Shown: positions 50,811 to 60,366 of the stretch, one piece after another
How positions within the stretch are numbered: position 1 is the first letter of the stretch
How the letters are laid out: the number at the start of each line of letters is the position of its first letter
NCBI GenBank assembly: GCA_965224085.1
Contig: CBDCYI010000011.1
Location: 1,504,001-1,568,000, forward strand
DNA length: 64,000 bases
Reading direction: 5' to 3'
DNA from: Candidatus Marinacidobacterales bacterium
GTDB lineage: Bacteria; Acidobacteriota; Vicinamibacteria; Marinacidobacterales; SMYC01
Program-made: the position numbers and the translations under genes
Notes under the pieces: model-generated
Databases searched by the model: none
What the model was told of the DNA's origin: nothing
What the model saw: only the letters and a program-made list of their open reading frames with translations

Positions 50811-52292
50811 TTATCGTAATAGGTGCCTTGCCATTACCAACAGGTTGCAGGTGATGATGGAACTCCATACGTAGGATTTGAAAGAAGGCAATGAGCGCCA
50901 TGTGCATCGGTCGAGACCAAAGACTCGTTTCAAGAACGAAATGACGCCTTCGATTCCGCAGCGAAATCGCCGTAGGCGTTGATAGACCCAGGAACTCTTG
51001 ACCATATCGGTCACCGCGAAGTGAGCCTTGGTAAAGGCAACATCTTCAACTCCCTTGCCTTTGATGGCTTCCAAGTTTGCCTTTGAAGAAAACGCGCCAT
51101 CGTAGGCAACCTGGCGCGGGGCCCGTTCGTAGAGTTCGACTTGACGGTCGATCATGGTTTCCGCGAGAGTTGAATCGGACGGATTCCCATCCAAGATCAC
51201 GCAATCCAAAATCATCGAGGACGAGCCACCAGTCAAACACACCTTGTGACCGTAGAGAGTCTCGCGCCGGTCTTTGCGAATAATGTCGGTGTGTTCTTCG
51301 AAGATCGAAACGACCTTTTCCTCCGCAGGCACACGCTCTTCATCAATCACTCTACGCCGAGTTTGGTTGATGACTTTTTCGGTGAGGACGAGAAAGTGCT
51401 TAAAATCCGCGGCGATCTTCTCCGCACTCGCTCGCTTCACCGGCTCGGTCAAGCCGGACTCGTCCAACTGGTCTGCAACGCGTTGAGCGGAGCGATAGGT
51501 TTCTTCCGACACCTTCAGTAGATCTCGATAGACGCGACGCCTTTGTTCCTTATCCTTCGCGTTTAGAACTCCCAGTCGACGTCTCTTCGCTCGACGCGTT
51601 CGATTGCCGAAGACCACTACTGTACCCAGCAGTTCGCGAGTTCGGCACATGAGGCGAGTGAGAACTCGGACGCAGTCATAAAGAAGCTCGGAGTCCGTAG
51701 GAGAATGAATATTCGACTCCACTACCGTGCAGTCCACTCGTACTTTTCTTCCTTTTTCGATCGCGGTCTTCTCGGCAACACTCACCAACTCTCGGTTGAT
51801 TTTCTCCAGCGTTTCGAACTTCACGGCTTTGATGTTTGCTGCTAGGGTCGACTTCGACGGGCTCGGCTCTATGATGCCGAGCTGGCAAAACGTCCGATAG
51901 CTTCGAGAGTCTGCCATCGATTTTCTCCAGCGTTTCGAACTTCACGGCTTTGATGTTTGCTGCTAGGGTCGTGACGGGCTCGGCTCTATGATGCCGAGCT
52001 GGCAAAACGTCCGATAGCTTCGAGAGTCTGCCAAGTGAAACGCCAGCTCCCGATAGGTGAACTGATTCAGCTGCTTGACCAACAACGCCCGGAGAACCTG
52101 CTCCGCGCTCATTCCCCCACGACCAACATCGCTCCCTGCCGATGGGGTGACCGACCTCAGGTCTTGCAGTACCAGCTCATTGAGCTTAGGATGGGCATCG
52201 AGCAGCGATGATATCGTTTCGAGCTCGCGTGCGTGCTCCAGCTCCAGCCAGGGCTCGCGAAGGCTTGGTTGTGGGTTGATCGTTTTTCGCAT
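50811..52292 (-). pseudogene. DDE transposase disrupted by an internal duplication
   Basis: GMSAEQVLR, RVDCTVVESNIH, YDG, RCGIEGVISFLKR; split into ORFs 51963-52292 and 50811-51917. Confidence 0.9.
51798..52033. repeat. about 119-bp tandem duplication inside the transposase
   Basis: 51798-51916 repeated at 51919-52033, second copy 4 bp shorter. Confidence 0.92.
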
Positions 52293-52499
52293 TTAGGGCT
52301 GGTCTCCTTTGGAGTTAAGTCGTTTAGAATCTGCGTTTTTGTCGACTCGATACTAAACGACACTCCCTCAGAAGGCTAGCCCTAAATTTGCGATTACCCC
52401 TTTTTTCTCAACCTCTTACACCTGTCAGGACGGGTACTAACTAACCAGCCAGAATCGTGGATTCCGTTCATGTTCTAGAGATCTATCTGAAGCGCCGCT

Positions 52500-53861
52500 T
52501 CAAAACCAGATAAAGCGCGCGAGGAACAAAGCGGCGATCAAATGCGCCGCCCAGTGGAGCTCGCGAGCGCGCCCGCTCATCAGATAGAGCACGGATGTCG
52601 AGATGAATCCGAAGGCGATCCCCTCCGTGATGCTCGTCGTGAGGGGCATCATGATTACCGTCAAAAAGGCCGGAATGGCTTGGTGAGGCTCGCTCCACGC
52701 GATGTCGCCGACGGAGGCCATCATGAAGACGCCGACGAGAATCAATGCAGGTGCAAGCGTGGGGTACAGAGTGACACCGTCCCCCGCATCGACGCCTCCA
52801 CCCACCACGCGCAGCAAGGGATAGAGGAACACCGAAATCGTAAGAAGAAATGCCGTCGCCACCGAAGCGAGCCCAGTGCGGCCGCCGGCGTGAACGCCCG
52901 CGGCGCTTTCGACGTAGCTCGTCACGGTGGAAGTCCCGGCGAGACCGCCGACGACCGAGCCTGCCGCGTCCGCAAGAAAAGCTTCACGAGCTCGAGGAAG
53001 CTGGCCGGCTACGCTCAGCCGGGCGCGCTCGCTCACACCAATGAGCGTGCCCACGGTGTCGAACAGATCGACGAAAAAGATTACGAAGACGACCGCGAAA
53101 ACATCCTGTTGCTGGAAGAGGCCCTTGAAGTCCGCTGCGAAGAGTCCAGCCGTGAGCGAATCCGGAAGCCCCAAAACCCCTTGAAAATCGGCGAGCCCGG
53201 TGATCATGGCCACGATCGTCGACGCCAAGACACTGATGACGATCGCCGCATTGATGCGAAGCACCGTCAAAATAGAAGTCACGGTGACACCGAAAAGGGT
53301 GAGGAGCGCCGCTGGACTTCCGAGATCGCCGAGGCCGATATGGATGACGGGCGCCGCGGTTACGATCCCGCCCCATCTCAGGCCAACGATCGCTATCAAG
53401 AGACCAATCCCCACCGCCATGCTCTTTTTTAAGTGGTCCGGAATGCTCTCGATGAGTCGCGCACGAAGTTTCCAGAAGGAAGCAAGCACAAACAGACCGC
53501 CGGCGAAGACGACTGCCGCGAGGGCCTGTTCCCACCCGTAGCCGTACCCGCCTGCTGCCACGGGCCCGCATATCGTGAAGGCAAAAAAGAAGTTCTGCCC
53601 CATCCCTGGTGCGAGAGCCACGGGATAGTTGGCGTGGACGGCCATCCAGAGAGTCGCAAAAGCCGAAGCAAAGCAAGTCGCGGCGAGTACGGCCCCTTGA
53701 TCCATGCCCGTGAGGCTCAAGATGGCCGGGTTGACGAGCAGGATGTAGCTCATGGCCATGTACGTGGTAAGGCCGGCCAAAAGCTCGGTGCGCACCGAGC
53801 TTCCGCGCTCCTGAATCTCGAAGGTCCTTTGCAGCCAAGGGATTAGGGTTGTTTCCGTCAT
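52500..53861 (-). CDS. NCS2/AzgA-family purine permease
   Basis: APGMGQNFFF, DLFDTVGT, TSYVESAAG, GGRTGL. Confidence 0.92.
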   Translation of the reverse strand: MTETTLIPWLQRTFEIQERGSSVRTELLAGLTTYMAMSYILLVNPAILSLTGMDQGAVLAATCFASAFATLWMAVHANYPVALAPGMGQNFFFAFTICGPVAAGGYGYGWEQALAAVVFAGGLFVLASFWKLRARLIESIPDHLKKSMAVGIGLLIAIVGLRWGGIVTAAPVIHIGLGDLGSPAALLTLFGVTVTSILTVLRINAAIVISVLASTIVAMITGLADFQGVLGLPDSLTAGLFAADFKGLFQQQDVFAVVFVIFFVDLFDTVGTLIGVSERARLSVAGQLPRAREAFLADAAGSVVGGLAGTSTVTSYVESAAGVHAGGRTGLASVATAFLLTISVFLYPLLRVVGGGVDAGDGVTLYPTLAPALILVGVFMMASVGDIAWSEPHQAIPAFLTVIMMPLTTSITEGIAFGFISTSVLYLMSGRARELHWAAHLIAALFLARFIWF

Positions 53862-53916
53862 TGTGCTAAAATGTTTGCTTCGGCAACGGGGCGACATACC
53901 CTGAGGAGGAACGGCA

Positions 53917-54186
53917 TTGGCTCAAAGTCTTTCGGCGATCAAGCGAGTGCGGCAAAACGAGAAAAGCCGCGTCCGCAACCGCTCTCACCGTACCCGTCTA
54001 CGCACACAAATCAAGAAACTGCGGGAAGCCATCGAGGCCAAGCAGGCAGACGAGGCAAAGAAGTTACTGCCCGGCACGATGTCTCTCGTGGATGTCATGA
54101 TCAAAAAAGGCGTCATTCACGAAAACGCAGGCAACCGCTACAAATCCCGTCTCACCCGCCAGTTCTCAGCCCTCGCTCGGAGCTGA
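53917..54186 (+). CDS. rpsT: 30S ribosomal protein S20
   Basis: SAIKRVRQ...RN, KGVIHEN...KSRL; GAGGAG RBS, TTG start. Confidence 0.95.
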   Translation: MAQSLSAIKRVRQNEKSRVRNRSHRTRLRTQIKKLREAIEAKQADEAKKLLPGTMSLVDVMIKKGVIHENAGNRYKSRLTRQFSALARS

Positions 54187-55195
54187 CCCTCCGCCCGCCT
54201 CCCGCGCAAAGCGAGATCGCAAGACTCTCCAGAAAGAGCCGCGCCGGAAGGCCACTCGACTTGAGCACCCGATCCGCGTCAGCGAGCGATCGCAACGCTC
54301 TTTCGAGCATCGTGCGGTCGAAGCGCCGCGCCGCCTCCGCGATTCCTTTTGCGGCGAAAGGTGGCACTCCGAGAACTTTCGCGAGGCTGTCCCCACGACG
54401 TGGCGAGCTTTGAAACTCCTTGGCCATCCGGAGCTGCCCCACTAGACGGTCCACGAGCGCCAAGATCCTGAGCGGCGGCTCCCCTTCTTCGAGCAACCGA
54501 CCCAGCTGCCGAAGCGCGTTTTTGGAATCCCCCGCCGCCAGTGCGTCAAGAAAGCGAAAGATGCTTTGCGCTTTGCCGCGCCCGAGCACGGTCGCGATCG
54601 TCTCCAGATCGAGCTTTTCCTCTCCGGCATAGAGCGAGAGCTTTTCGAGCTCGTTCAAAAGGTGTCTCAAATCTCCACCGGACTCGGAGACGAGGTAGCT
54701 CACGGCGTCGTGTCCTAGGCGAAGCTTGCGCTCTCTCGCCTGCTCGCTCACCCAGTCTAAAAGTTCTGCGGTCTTCGGCGTGGCGCAGGCGATGATCGAC
54801 GCTTTCTGTTCGACCTCTTTCCACGCCTTACGTCGTTTATCCGGGGATTTCGAAAGCTCGAGCAGCAGAATCGTCTGGGGGGACGGGTCGTCGAGATAAG
54901 CGCGCAGCTCTTCCGATTTCTCGAGGAGCTTCTGCGCGCGCTTGACGATCACAAGCCGCTGGCCGCCGAGCATGGGCAGCAAGTTAGCCGACATCACCAC
55001 ATGGGCACCGTCGGTCGCCTCACCGTCGAAACGGTCGAGGTTGAATGGCGTCTCCGCCTCCCCGAGAACGTGACGCTTTATCTCGGCAACAGCAAGCTCG
55101 CGAAGGAGGTCTTGCTCGCCCACGACGACGTAGACGGGCAGAAGCTTCCCTTGATCGAGGTGCTCGGCTAGCCGGTAGTATGAGAGCTTCATCAT
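54152..55195 (-). CDS. holA: DNA polymerase III subunit delta
   Basis: PVYVVVGE, RLVIVK, NELEKL, KSS; leuS-lptE-holA synteny. Confidence 0.93.
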   Translation of the reverse strand: MMKLSYYRLAEHLDQGKLLPVYVVVGEQDLLRELAVAEIKRHVLGEAETPFNLDRFDGEATDGAHVVMSANLLPMLGGQRLVIVKRAQKLLEKSEELRAYLDDPSPQTILLLELSKSPDKRRKAWKEVEQKASIIACATPKTAELLDWVSEQARERKLRLGHDAVSYLVSESGGDLRHLLNELEKLSLYAGEEKLDLETIATVLGRGKAQSIFRFLDALAAGDSKNALRQLGRLLEEGEPPLRILALVDRLVGQLRMAKEFQSSPRRGDSLAKVLGVPPFAAKGIAEAARRFDRTMLERALRSLADADRVLKSSGLPARLFLESLAISLCAGGGRRVSSERGLRTGG

Positions 55196-55199
55196 CTCT

Positions 55200-55341
55200 T
55201 GCTCAGTGCGCGCTCTCTCTTTCCCTCGCCCAGAGCGCGCTTGTCGCCTCGCTCTTCGCTCGGCTTACTGCTGTCGGCCCATTCGGGCCGGGCTCGCTCC
55301 GCTCGCAGCAGTGTGAAGATGACTTTTCAGCATCCTGCTAG
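55200..55341. repeat. REP/MITE-like intergenic element
   Basis: Repeated CTCGCT..CGCTCG motifs, small hairpins and an IS-end-like TTTTCAGCATCCTGCTAG. Confidence 0.4.
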
Positions 55342-55348
55342 ACTGCGC

Positions 55349-55885
55349 TCAGAACGCCTCGAGAATGCTGCTCACGAGCGATTTCGCGAACTCCTCGGAC
55401 AGGCGCTGCATCGTCAAGCCTTCTTGGTCGAAGAAGTCTTCTTCGTCCTCTCCGATTTCATAGTCATCCCGAAACTGGAAGCCGCTGCTCTGCCAGATAA
55501 CATTGTCGGCAACGAGATCCTTGAACTCGACTTGGGCGCGGATGACGACCGTATAAGTCGCCGCCTGGCTCGAAGAAATATCCTCGTTTCCGCCTTCGAG
55601 CACCGAGGGCGCCGAGTTGAAGGACACGATGATACCGTTCATCACTGCATCCGCTCCGGCGACCTCCGGTTGGATTTTGTAGCGTCCACGAGCGTTGAAC
55701 TCTTCGACGACCTTCAACGTGACGATCTCTTCGATGGAGATTTGATCGCTCCGGTTCTCGAATGTGGGGATCGCCACCAAGGCGATATAGTCGGGAAGGA
55801 AATTCCCCTTTCCCGCCAGGCTATAGCCGCAACCGCTCATCGTGATCAAAAGAGCGTTCAATATCGCCATCCGAAACGCTCTCAT
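55349..55885 (-). CDS. lptE: LPS assembly lipoprotein LptE family
   Basis: Lipobox SGCGY, IPTFENRS; between leuS and holA. Confidence 0.85.
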   Translation of the reverse strand: MRAFRMAILNALLITMSGCGYSLAGKGNFLPDYIALVAIPTFENRSDQISIEEIVTLKVVEEFNARGRYKIQPEVAGADAVMNGIIVSFNSAPSVLEGGNEDISSSQAATYTVVIRAQVEFKDLVADNVIWQSSGFQFRDDYEIGEDEEDFFDQEGLTMQRLSEEFAKSLVSSILEAF

Positions 55886-55889
55886 ATCA

Positions 55890-58409
55890 TCACTCCTGTG
55901 TTAACTCGGCGGCACGAGGCACGACGACAACGTTAACGAGACGATTCGGCACGATGACCACTCGTTTGACTTCCATCCCGTTCACAAGCCCTTGGATCTT
56001 TTCGTCCTCGAGAGCGAGCCGCCTGACCTCGTCTTCTTCATGATTGGCGGAAAGCGTCAGCCGGCTGCGCACTTTGCCGTTGACTTGGACGACGAGCGTG
56101 ATGGTCTCCTCGGCGGCGACGTCTCGATCATAGACCGGCCAGGTCGCCGACATGAGGCCTTTTCGGTTTCCGAGGATCTGCCATATCTCTTCCGCCACAT
56201 GGGGCGCAAAGGGGTTCAAGAGAAGAATCACGGTCTCTGTCGCTTCGCGGATCACTTTCCAGCTGTCCGAGCGATGGGGGTGCGGCTCGATCGACTTGTA
56301 GAGCTGGTTCACGAGCTCCATGATCGCCGCAATGGCGGTATTCAAGTGAAGCCGCTCTTCGATGTCGCGCGTCACCCGCATGATGGTCTGGTGCGTTTTG
56401 CGGCGAAGAGCCATCTCGCGCTCGTTCCACTCTTCGTTTCCTTCTATCGGCGACGCCGAGCTCAGCGCGTCTTTCTCGTTCTCGACGAAACGCCACACCC
56501 TTTGGAGAAATCGTGAGGGTCCCTCCAGGCGCTGATCGGTCCAGTTGACTTCTTTTTCCGGAGGCGCCTCGAAGAGCATATAGAGCCTCACCGCGTCGGC
56601 CCCGTATTTGTCGATGAACGTGTTCGGGTCGACGACGTTGCCTTTGTTCTTCGACATCTTCGCGCCGTCTTTGATAACCATGCCTTGTGAGAGTTGGGTC
56701 ACGACCGGCTCGTCGATCTCGACCAGGTCGAGGTCGCGCATCATCTTCGTCCAGAAACGGCAATAAATTAGGTGCAGGATCGCGTGCTCGATGCCTCCGA
56801 TATAGAGATCGATGGGAAACCAATAGGCCACGGCTTCGGGGTGGAACGGCATGTCTTCGTTCTTCGGATCGACATAGCGATAAAAGTACCACGACGAGTC
56901 CACGAAAGTATCCATCGTGTCAGTCTCACGCCGCGCTACACCGCCACATTCGGGACAGCTCGTGTTCACGAAATCTTCGTTCTCGGCGAGGGCCGATCCC
57001 CCCTTGCCCGTGATCTTGACGTCGCGCGGGAGCACAATCGGGAGATCGGCTTCCGGAACCGGCACCACGCCGCAATGACTGCAATAGATCATTGGAATCG
57101 GAGTCCCCCAGTAGCGTTGGCGGGAGATACCCCAATCACGAATTTTGTACCTGATGGCCGCTTTGCCGAAGCCGGTTTTTTCCGCATGCGTCGTCATCGC
57201 CGTGATGGCTTCTTCGGAAGGCAGTCCGGTGAACTCGCCCGAGTCCACGACGGTTCCGTAATCTGAGAAGGCCGTCTCGAAAGCGTCGGTGTCGACCTCG
57301 TCACCTGCACGGGGCTCACGTGGCGCCGATTGGATTACGGGACGGATCATCAGCCCGTACTTCTTCGCAAAAGCGAAATCGCGTTCATCATGTGCTGGCA
57401 CCGCCATGACCGCACCGGTGCCGTAGTCCATTAGCACGTAATCCGCGACCCAGATTGGGACTGCCTCGCCGTTGAACGGATTGACGGCGTCGTGCCCGGT
57501 GGCCACGCCAGTCTTCTCTCGGTCTTCGGCCAAGCGGGTTTCTTTATCCTCGGACTTGGCTTTCTCGACGTAACTCGAGACTTCTGGATTCGTGGCGGCG
57601 AATCGCCCCGCTAGAGGATGCTCGGGTGCCAGCACGACGAAGGTCGCGCCATAGATGGTGTCCACGCGTGTCGTAAAGACCCGGATAGGCTCCGAGCCAT
57701 CCGGAGGCGCGAAGTTGATCTCGGCCCCTTCGGAGCGACCGATCCAGTTTTTCTGGAGTGCGAGCACCTTGCCCGGCCAGCGATCCATGGACTCCATCGC
57801 GGTCAGAAGCTCGTCGGCGTAGACGGTGATCTTCAAGAACCACTGCTCGAGCTCTTTTTGTACGACTTCAGCGTCGCAGCGCCAGCATCGCCCATCGATG
57901 ACCTGCTCGTTCGCGAGAACGGTCTTATCGACTGGACACCAGTTCACCGACGCCATCTTCCGATAGGCCAAGCCCTTCTTCCACATCTGGATGAAGAACC
58001 ACTGATTGAAGCGGTAGTACTGAGGATCACAGGTTGCAAACTCACGCGACCAAGCGTATGAAAAACCCATCCGCTTCAGCTGGGTCGTCATGAGCTCGAT
58101 ATTTCTGAGCGTCCACTCCTCGGGATGTTTCTCGTTTTTGAGAGCCGCGTTCTCCGCGGGGAGCCCGAGCGCGTCCCAACCGATGGGGTGCAGCACATTG
58201 AACCCGCGCATCCGCTTGAACCGCGCGACCGCATCTCCAATCGAATAGTTGCGCACATGCCCCATGTGGATGTTCCCCGAAGGATAGGGGAGCATCTCCA
58301 AAACATAATACTTGGGGCGCTTCGGGTCCTCGCTAACCTCGAAAACCTTACTATCGAGCCACTTTGTCTGCCATTTCCGCTCGATACCCTCGAAATCGTA
58401 AGTCGTCAT
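55890..58409 (-). CDS. leuS: leucine--tRNA ligase
   Basis: PYPSG..HMGH, SRQRYWG, KMSKN, VQVNGK. Confidence 0.98.
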   Translation of the reverse strand: MTTYDFEGIERKWQTKWLDSKVFEVSEDPKRPKYYVLEMLPYPSGNIHMGHVRNYSIGDAVARFKRMRGFNVLHPIGWDALGLPAENAALKNEKHPEEWTLRNIELMTTQLKRMGFSYAWSREFATCDPQYYRFNQWFFIQMWKKGLAYRKMASVNWCPVDKTVLANEQVIDGRCWRCDAEVVQKELEQWFLKITVYADELLTAMESMDRWPGKVLALQKNWIGRSEGAEINFAPPDGSEPIRVFTTRVDTIYGATFVVLAPEHPLAGRFAATNPEVSSYVEKAKSEDKETRLAEDREKTGVATGHDAVNPFNGEAVPIWVADYVLMDYGTGAVMAVPAHDERDFAFAKKYGLMIRPVIQSAPREPRAGDEVDTDAFETAFSDYGTVVDSGEFTGLPSEEAITAMTTHAEKTGFGKAAIRYKIRDWGISRQRYWGTPIPMIYCSHCGVVPVPEADLPIVLPRDVKITGKGGSALAENEDFVNTSCPECGGVARRETDTMDTFVDSSWYFYRYVDPKNEDMPFHPEAVAYWFPIDLYIGGIEHAILHLIYCRFWTKMMRDLDLVEIDEPVVTQLSQGMVIKDGAKMSKNKGNVVDPNTFIDKYGADAVRLYMLFEAPPEKEVNWTDQRLEGPSRFLQRVWRFVENEKDALSSASPIEGNEEWNEREMALRRKTHQTIMRVTRDIEERLHLNTAIAAIMELVNQLYKSIEPHPHRSDSWKVIREATETVILLLNPFAPHVAEEIWQILGNRKGLMSATWPVYDRDVAAEETITLVVQVNGKVRSRLTLSANHEEDEVRRLALEDEKIQGLVNGMEVKRVVIVPNRLVNVVVVPRAAELTQE

Positions 58410-58519
58410 CCTCTCCTCAAGAGCGATCTCAAACCCTGAATGTACAAACGACGCTCATGTTAGCACAGCGTCAACCTGCCTCTCTAAGCCGCGCCAAAAG
58501 CGTGGCGCAATCAGGCGAG

Positions 58520-58549
58520 CCTGCCCGCCGAAGCGCTGGCGATGGCAGG
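58520..58549. repeat. degenerate REP-like palindrome
   Basis: CCTGCCCGCCGAAGC...GCGATGGCAGG imperfect hairpin. Confidence 0.3.
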
Positions 58550-59113
58550 TGTCCTCCCTGAAGGACTCATTCCGCCGTGAAACGTCTCAGTTGGGAGACA
58601 TCCGAGAACGCCCGCTCGACGCATCCCAACCTTATCTCCCAATAATGCTTACCCTTATACGCACCCAAAAGATTGGCATCCGTCCTGCTAGAACAAGTCG
58701 TAGATCGAGGCTCGGGCCCAGACTTCATCGCTGGCGCATTCTTACCGGGGTCCGGGTCCTCGGTGAAGTCATCAAAGCGGACGGAGGTACTCGTGGGTTC
58801 TAGGACGATCGGCGAACAGCGTCCATCTCTAGCACCATCGAGTGAAAACCAAAGTCTCCTCCGAGCTGAGAACGAGCTTTCAGTGAAGGTCGCGCTCGGA
58901 GTTTCCGACACACTTGCCTGCATCACGCCGAGAACGATTCTCTGGCAAGATTCGGCAGGCGTGAGGAAACGCCGGCCCGACGAGGATGGGGCGATAGAAT
59001 CATCGATGGCATCGGAGTCGGGCTTTCTAGCTTTGGCTTAGGCGGCGGCGAGTGTAGCCAAGGTGTTGGAACGCTTGCCCGATGGCACCGAGAGATCTCT
59101 GGCCCACGAAGGG

Positions 59114-59149
59114 AAGGGCGGTGGCCTTCGGGCCATCGCCTTTCTACTT
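59114..59149. terminator. intrinsic terminator, possibly bidirectional
   Basis: AAGGGCGGTGGCC-TTCG-GGCCATCGCCTTT followed by a pyrimidine run; C(UUCG)G loop on the plus strand. Confidence 0.7.
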
Positions 59150-59154
59150 CGTCA

Positions 59155-60306
59155 TCACGCTCCCTCCAAGCTCTCGATCGCATCGCGGATCACTTGAGCC
59201 TGCTGGTCGTCCATTGGAAGCTCTAGCGTTTGCTTGAGTACCGCGACCGCTTCATCCGGCCGCTCGAGCCGCTCGAGAAGCGCTGCAAGGTTCAAGAAAG
59301 CAGGAAGAGAGCTGGGGCTATTGCGGATGGCCGCCCGATAGGCGCTCTCGGCACCCGCATCGTCCTCGAGAGCTTCCGAGACCACCGCGAGCGAGAACGA
59401 CGCGCCTTCGAAATCCGGGTCGCGCTCGAGAAGCTCCAGGAGAGCCCCGCGCGCTCCGCTGTGATCCTCCGAGCTATGAAGAGCAATCGCGAGGTTGAAG
59501 GCCGCACCGTCATGCGGCTCGTCCCGTTCGACGAGCGGACGCAGAAGCGTAATCGCCTCGACAACGCGCCGTTCGGCCAACCTCACGGCCCCCAAATTGA
59601 ATGCGGCGTCCTCGTCCGACGGCCGCTGTTCGTAGGCCTGCTCGAACGCCGTAGCGGCCTCTGCTAGGTCGCCGAGACGGTACGAAAGGCCACCGAGTGC
59701 TAGCAGAATCTCGAAATTGTCGTGCGTGCCATGCGACGCGTGGCGCAAGTTCTCCCGCGCGAGCTCCGCCTCGCCGATTTTCTCGAGCCACTCCGCAAGC
59801 GCCAGGTTGGCTGCCAGGTGATCGCGATCGATCTCGAGAACGGTCCCGAAATGCTTCGCGGCCGCTTCCTCGTCACCCTCCTCCTTGACGATCAAGCCCA
59901 TCACATAGTGCGCATCCACGAGCGCTTCGTCGCGCTCGAGCGCATTTTCGATACGCAGGCGGGCGGTCTCGAAGTTCCCCATCCGGAGGTAGGCGACGGC
60001 GGCCTGAACGAGCACTGTTGGCTCCTTGACGCGCGTCTCTCGCCGCAAACCCATCATACCGAGAGTCGATTCGAGCTCGCGCGCCGCTTCCTTCGGGCGC
60101 TCGACTTTGAGGTAAGCAAGCGCAAGGTGATAGCGATAGTCGGGAACGTCGCGGTCGAGCGCGGCGGCCTGGGAAAGAAGCTCGACCGCCTGGTCGTAAT
60201 CGCCGGCGTTGTAACGTTCGACGCCCTCCGCGTAGAGCTCACCCGCACGATCTTCTTGTACGCCGCTCAGCGCGAGAGCGAACAAGAGGAAGAGGCTCAA
60301 GGACAT
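59155..60306 (-). CDS. secreted TPR-repeat protein
   Basis: Signal peptide and many TPR repeats. Confidence 0.85.
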   Translation of the reverse strand: MSLSLFLLFALALSGVQEDRAGELYAEGVERYNAGDYDQAVELLSQAAALDRDVPDYRYHLALAYLKVERPKEAARELESTLGMMGLRRETRVKEPTVLVQAAVAYLRMGNFETARLRIENALERDEALVDAHYVMGLIVKEEGDEEAAAKHFGTVLEIDRDHLAANLALAEWLEKIGEAELARENLRHASHGTHDNFEILLALGGLSYRLGDLAEAATAFEQAYEQRPSDEDAAFNLGAVRLAERRVVEAITLLRPLVERDEPHDGAAFNLAIALHSSEDHSGARGALLELLERDPDFEGASFSLAVVSEALEDDAGAESAYRAAIRNSPSSLPAFLNLAALLERLERPDEAVAVLKQTLELPMDDQQAQVIRDAIESLEGA

Positions 60307-60330
60307 GTTTTCAATATAGCGTGAACCAGC

Positions 60331-60353
60331 ATTCAGGATTCAGGTTCCAGGAT
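60331..60353. repeat. heptamer tandem repeat
   Basis: ATTCAGG ATTCAGG TTCCAGG AT. Confidence 0.6.
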
Positions 60354-60366
60354 GACATCGCGCCGT

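Larger units (their letters stand above)
50637..52437 (-). mobile_element. insertion sequence (ISNCY/IS5-like DDE) with 6-bp target duplication
   Basis: Imperfect terminal IRs GTTCCTGTCCAGA / rc GTACCCGTCCTGA; TAACTA on both flanks (50631-50636, 52438-52443); lower GC. Confidence 0.88.

Noticed and set aside
54152-54186. 35-bp convergent overlap of rpsT and holA
   Set aside because: Short tail-to-tail overlaps are common and this gene arrangement is widespread
58950-58985. GAGGAAA motif as RNase P RNA
   Set aside because: Lacks the GAGGAAAGUCC continuation and the matching 3' conserved region
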